NCBI GenBank assembly: GCA_045863235.1
Contig: BTUM01000122.1
Span: forward strand, 1 to 18,085
Reading direction: 5' to 3'
Length of the DNA stretch: 18,085 bases
DNA from: Candidatus Xenobia bacterium
GTDB lineage: Bacteria > Vulcanimicrobiota > Xenobia > Xenobiales > QWHO01
The translations under genes and the position numbers were made by a program. Positions 15,216 through 18,085 of the stretch are shown here, in pieces (the stretch's first letter is position 1; the number at the start of each line of letters is the position of its first letter). The notes under the pieces are model-generated. The model was given only the letters and a program-made list of their open reading frames with translations. It was not told where the DNA came from and made no database searches.

Positions 15216-16332
15216 GCAGCTTCTCCAGAGCCTTCACCGCGTCCACCAGGCCGGCTCCCTGATCGTGCGCCCCACCTCCCCGGGGCAGCTTCTCAGCCGA
15301 GCTCACCACGGCTTGCTTGAGCTGGTCGGGGGTGGCCCCCGGGCGGGCCGTCAGCAAGAGGGCAGCCAGCCCGGCCACCATGGGGGCGGCCATCGAGGTG
15401 CCGTTCTTGGTCACGTAGCCGCTGCGCGCGTTGTCGGCTGCGGTGATGCCCACCCCGGGTGCGACTACGTCCGGCTTGGCCAGACCGTCCACCGGCGTGG
15501 GACCGCGCGAGGAGAGGTCGGCCACCCGGTCATCGTCGCGGCGCACCGTTCCCCGGTCGTTGGAAGCGCCCACCGTCAGCACCACGGGCGAGTGAGCCGG
15601 AGAGCCGATGGTCTGCGGGTCGGGCCCATCGTTACCAGCCGCTACCACCACCGTGATGCCGCGATCCCAGGCCGCCTTGGCGGCTCGGGCCATGGGATCG
15701 TGCTGGTGGGAGAGCTGGGCCACGCCCGAGGCGGATAGGTTCAGGACACGGATGTTGTGCCGGTCCTTGTTCTCCACCGCCCACTGGATTGCCCTGATCA
15801 CGTCGGAAGTGCGCGACTTGCCCTGGCTGTTGAAGGCCTTGATGGCCACCAGCCCACATTCGGGAGCGATGCCCGTGTGACGCCCGTTCGAGTCGCTGCC
15901 GTTGCCCCCGACGATGCCAGCCACGTGGGTTCCGTGGCCGTGGTCGTCGTAGGGCTCGCTCTTGCCGCCCAGCACGTCGTGGAAGGCCAGAATGCGGTTG
16001 CCGAAGTCCTGGTGGCGGGAGATGCCGGTATCGATCACGGCCACGGCCACGCCCTTGCCCTTGAAGCCCTGGCCCCATAGCTCGCCGGCCCGCACCGTGG
16101 GCGCGGCCACGTTCAGGGCCGGCCGGAAGCTGACCGGCGTGGGGGGCAGGCTGACCTGCTCGTCTGGCAACACGGTCAGATCGGGATTCTCGCGCGTGAG
16201 GCGCTCGAGCTCAGCTGCGTCCTCAATCTCGCAGGCGGCCGCCCCGACCAGCGGCAAGTCGTGCCAACTGCCGGGCAGCTCGCGTCGCAGGCGGGAAAGC
16301 GTGGCCGAGTCGGCCTGGAGCAGGACGTTCAC
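15202..16332 (-). CDS. S8 subtilisin-like serine protease, AprX-like, no signal peptide
   Basis: Catalytic triad motifs VAVIDTGI, HGTHVAG and GTSMAAPMVAG; oxyanion motif VVAAGN; short N-terminal propeptide-like segment. Confidence 0.95.
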   Translation of the reverse strand: MNVLLQADSATLSRLRRELPGSWHDLPLVGAAACEIEDAAELERLTRENPDLTVLPDEQVSLPPTPVSFRPALNVAAPTVRAGELWGQGFKGKGVAVAVIDTGISRHQDFGNRILAFHDVLGGKSEPYDDHGHGTHVAGIVGGNGSDSNGRHTGIAPECGLVAIKAFNSQGKSRTSDVIRAIQWAVENKDRHNIRVLNLSASGVAQLSHQHDPMARAAKAAWDRGITVVVAAGNDGPDPQTIGSPAHSPVVLTVGASNDRGTVRRDDDRVADLSSRGPTPVDGLAKPDVVAPGVGITAADNARSGYVTKNGTSMAAPMVAGLAALLLTARPGATPDQLKQAVVSSAEKLPRGGGAHDQGAGLVDAVKALEKLPAPA

Positions 16333-16338
16333 CGGGCC

Positions 16339-16347
16339 AGTGTAGCA
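16339..16347 (-). promoter_or_regulatory. Putative extended -10 element for a leaderless transcript
   Basis: TGCTACACT on the minus strand, 6 nt upstream of the subtilase GTG start; no Shine-Dalgarno sequence. Confidence 0.5.
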
Positions 16348-16382
16348 CCCGCCCGACCCCGCCTTGTAAACGAAGGGTAAAG

Positions 16383-17246
16383 CTATTCCATCAACATGCT
16401 CTTGGGAGGTCCGGAGGGCGGCGGGGGACCGCCCTCGAGCACCAGGCGGTCGCCCTGCGTGGTCAGGCGATTGAGCTGCACCAGGATGTTCTTGGGCAGA
16501 AAGCTCTTGGGGTCGATGAGCAGCGAATCCCCCTCCGTCCGGATGTCGAGCTTGTCGAGCGAGTCGCCCGCCATGGCGTTGGCGATGGAGACCGCGATAC
16601 GCGGCACCGGGAGACCCAGCACCCTCACCTTCTCCGGGGTGAAGCGCACTTTCTTGTCGGCCGTCAGCTCCAGCTTGCCGCGGATATTGAAGGGTAGGGA
16701 CACGATCTTATCCAGCACTCCGACTGCCTCGACCATCCCGCCGGGGGCAAAGCGAAGGTGGAGGTCGTGCAGCCCCTCCCGCTCGAGCATGTCGGCGCCT
16801 CGCACCGTGGCCGCCTGCTGGGCCACTTTGGAGGGGATGGACATGCGCAGCCGCTCGACGGTGATGGGGGTCTTCTGGAGGGGATCGAGGTCAGGCGTGA
16901 CCAGTTTGTCAGGAGAGGCCAGGATGCTTTCGAGGGTGAAGCTCTTGAGGAGATCCACCGACGGGTCGAAGCGGGCGGTCAGCTCGTCGAAGTGCATCCC
17001 GGCCAGCTCCAGGTCGCGCACATTCAGCTTGTTGTCCTTTACCTCGAAGTGCACCGAGGCGCCCATCGACTGCTGCTCGGGACGCTTGATCTGGGCCTGG
17101 CGCAGGTCGTCGAGCTCGCGCCGGAGGCGGTCGTTCTCGTCCTCGAGCGCCCACATGCGGTCCTGGATCTCTTGCTCCACCGAAACCGACGGCGTGGGCG
17201 TACCTGCGGTGACCCTGGCCGCCGGCATCGATTCGCGAATGATCAT
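16383..17246 (-). CDS. Hypothetical protein with N-terminal coiled coil and DUF2993/LmeA-like C-terminal domain
   Basis: Coiled coil LEDENDRLRRELDDLRQ; C-terminal beta-rich pattern (PFNIRGKLEL...VRFTPEKVRVLGLPVP...LP..I.V.L..L...GDRLVLEG) resembles DUF2993/LmeA proteins. Start ATG 17246 and family assignment are tentative. Confidence 0.6.
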   Translation of the reverse strand: MIIRESMPAARVTAGTPTPSVSVEQEIQDRMWALEDENDRLRRELDDLRQAQIKRPEQQSMGASVHFEVKDNKLNVRDLELAGMHFDELTARFDPSVDLLKSFTLESILASPDKLVTPDLDPLQKTPITVERLRMSIPSKVAQQAATVRGADMLEREGLHDLHLRFAPGGMVEAVGVLDKIVSLPFNIRGKLELTADKKVRFTPEKVRVLGLPVPRIAVSIANAMAGDSLDKLDIRTEGDSLLIDPKSFLPKNILVQLNRLTTQGDRLVLEGGPPPPSGPPKSMLME

Positions 17247-17406
17247 ACTCGTGTTGTACCGCAGAACTTCCCCCCGGTAAAGGCGGACCGAACCTGGTTT
17301 GCGAACATTCGTCAGGTGGAGCATTTCCCGACCATGGAGCAGTTGGAGAAACCGCTGCGCTGAGCGCAGAACTGGCCACAGATTGTAACAAATTGTTCAC
17401 CTGATT

Positions 17407-17420
17407 TGGAACCCGTTCCA
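17407..17420. promoter_or_regulatory. Palindromic operator-like site in a divergent intergenic region
   Basis: TGGAAC-CC-GTTCCA, about 45 nt upstream of ATG 17466 and next to an AT-rich patch. Confidence 0.35.
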
Positions 17421-17465
17421 GCGGCTCGAGGCACTGTGAGGACATCACCACGCAGGAGGTTCTCC

Positions 17466-18085
17466 ATGTCAGAAGCCGTTGGAAGCGTTGCCGAAAAACC
17501 CAGGGTAGAGCCGGCTCGCGAGGTCCGAGAGACTCCGGCCAGAGCGAGCGAGCCAGTTCAAGACACATCCCCCACCCGCGACACGGAAGACCGCGTGGCT
17601 CTCTCCTCCAGTGAGAACGAGCCGCCTCAGGGCCAGGCTCCCGATCTTTCCTGGCTGACGCCCCCTGCTCGCGTCGGACCGGTCCAGGTCCTGTCACCCC
17701 CGACGTTCAAGCCTGCTCCGGCCGTGGGACCCTCGAGCCGTGACCCCTACAAACCAGGTTTCCCCCCCGACAAGCCGATCCCCCCGCCTGACCAGGTCAT
17801 CAAGCTGCCCCGTTTGCCGGATGGGCCCGAGCCGATCGACGCTGGCCCCAACGGGTATCCCGGTCCCGAGCAGACCGGAGCAGGCCGCACCGGTCCGAAC
17901 GGGTATCCCGGTCCCGAGCAGACCGGAGCCGGACGCACCGGTCCCAACGGGTATCCCGGTCCCGAGCAGACTGGAGCCGGACGCACCGGTCCCAACGGGT
18001 ATCCCGGTCCGGAGCAGACCGGAGCCGGACGCACCGGTCCCAACGGGTATCCCGGTCCCGAGCAGACCGGAGCCGGACGCACCGG
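17466..18085 (+). CDS. Pro-rich low-complexity protein with 16-aa tandem repeats (3' partial)
   Basis: AGGAGG RBS at 17454-17459 and ATG 17466; frame open to the window end: MSEAVGSVAEKPRVEPAREV...DRVALSSS...PEPIDA(GPNGYPGPEQTGAGRT)x5. Absent from the ORF track because it has no stop in the window. Confidence 0.85.
   Translation, partial: MSEAVGSVAEKPRVEPAREVRETPARASEPVQDTSPTRDTEDRVALSSSENEPPQGQAPDLSWLTPPARVGPVQVLSPPTFKPAPAVGPSSRDPYKPGFPPDKPIPPPDQVIKLPRLPDGPEPIDAGPNGYPGPEQTGAGRTGPNGYPGPEQTGAGRTGPNGYPGPEQTGAGRTGPNGYPGPEQTGAGRTGPNGYPGPEQTGAGRT
17844..18085 (+). repeat. 48-bp coding tandem repeat, five full copies, running off the window end
   Basis: Unit GGTCCCAACGGGTATCCCGGTCCCGAGCAGACCGGAGCCGGACGCACC starting at 17844, 17892, 17940, 17988 and 18036; differences between copies are synonymous in the + frame. 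Confidence 0.97.

Noticed and set aside
17289..17312. LexA-like box (CGAACCTGGTTTG, CGAACATTCG)
   Set aside because: Spacing does not match GAAC-N4-GTTC, and no SOS gene is adjacent.
17747..18082. Minus-strand ORF with repeats PVRPAPVCSGPGYPLG
   Set aside because: Antisense shadow: a copy difference is non-synonymous on this strand (L versus F) but silent in the + frame, which also has a strong RBS.
17844..18085. CRISPR array
   Set aside because: Units are contiguous 48-bp copies with no unique spacers, in frame within a coding region, and no cas genes are present.

Overview
GC-rich bacterial window with about 15 protein-coding genes and no rRNA, tRNA or CRISPR array that I can see. In order: a putative IS256-like terminal repeat that appears to truncate a membrane protein with a pilin/GspG-like motif; a secreted protein with the intact version of that domain; an ODP/FprA-like metallo-beta-lactamase-fold protein; a PglK-like ABC exporter; an SLT lytic-transglycosylase lipoprotein with a secreted partner; a tight yraN / NTT-HEAT-cNMP / alkaline-phosphatase-fold membrane protein operon; an MFS transporter; a SelW/Rdx selenoprotein; an AprX-like subtilase coupled to a sodium:solute symporter; a DUF2993/LmeA-like protein; and a Pro-rich protein whose 48-bp tandem repeat runs off the right end. 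The best-supported signals missing from the ORF track are the selenoprotein (CxxU, in-frame UGA, SECIS-like hairpin), the loss of metal ligands in the phosphatase-fold protein, and a symporter that needs a CTG start. All family assignments come from reading motifs by eye; no searches were run.
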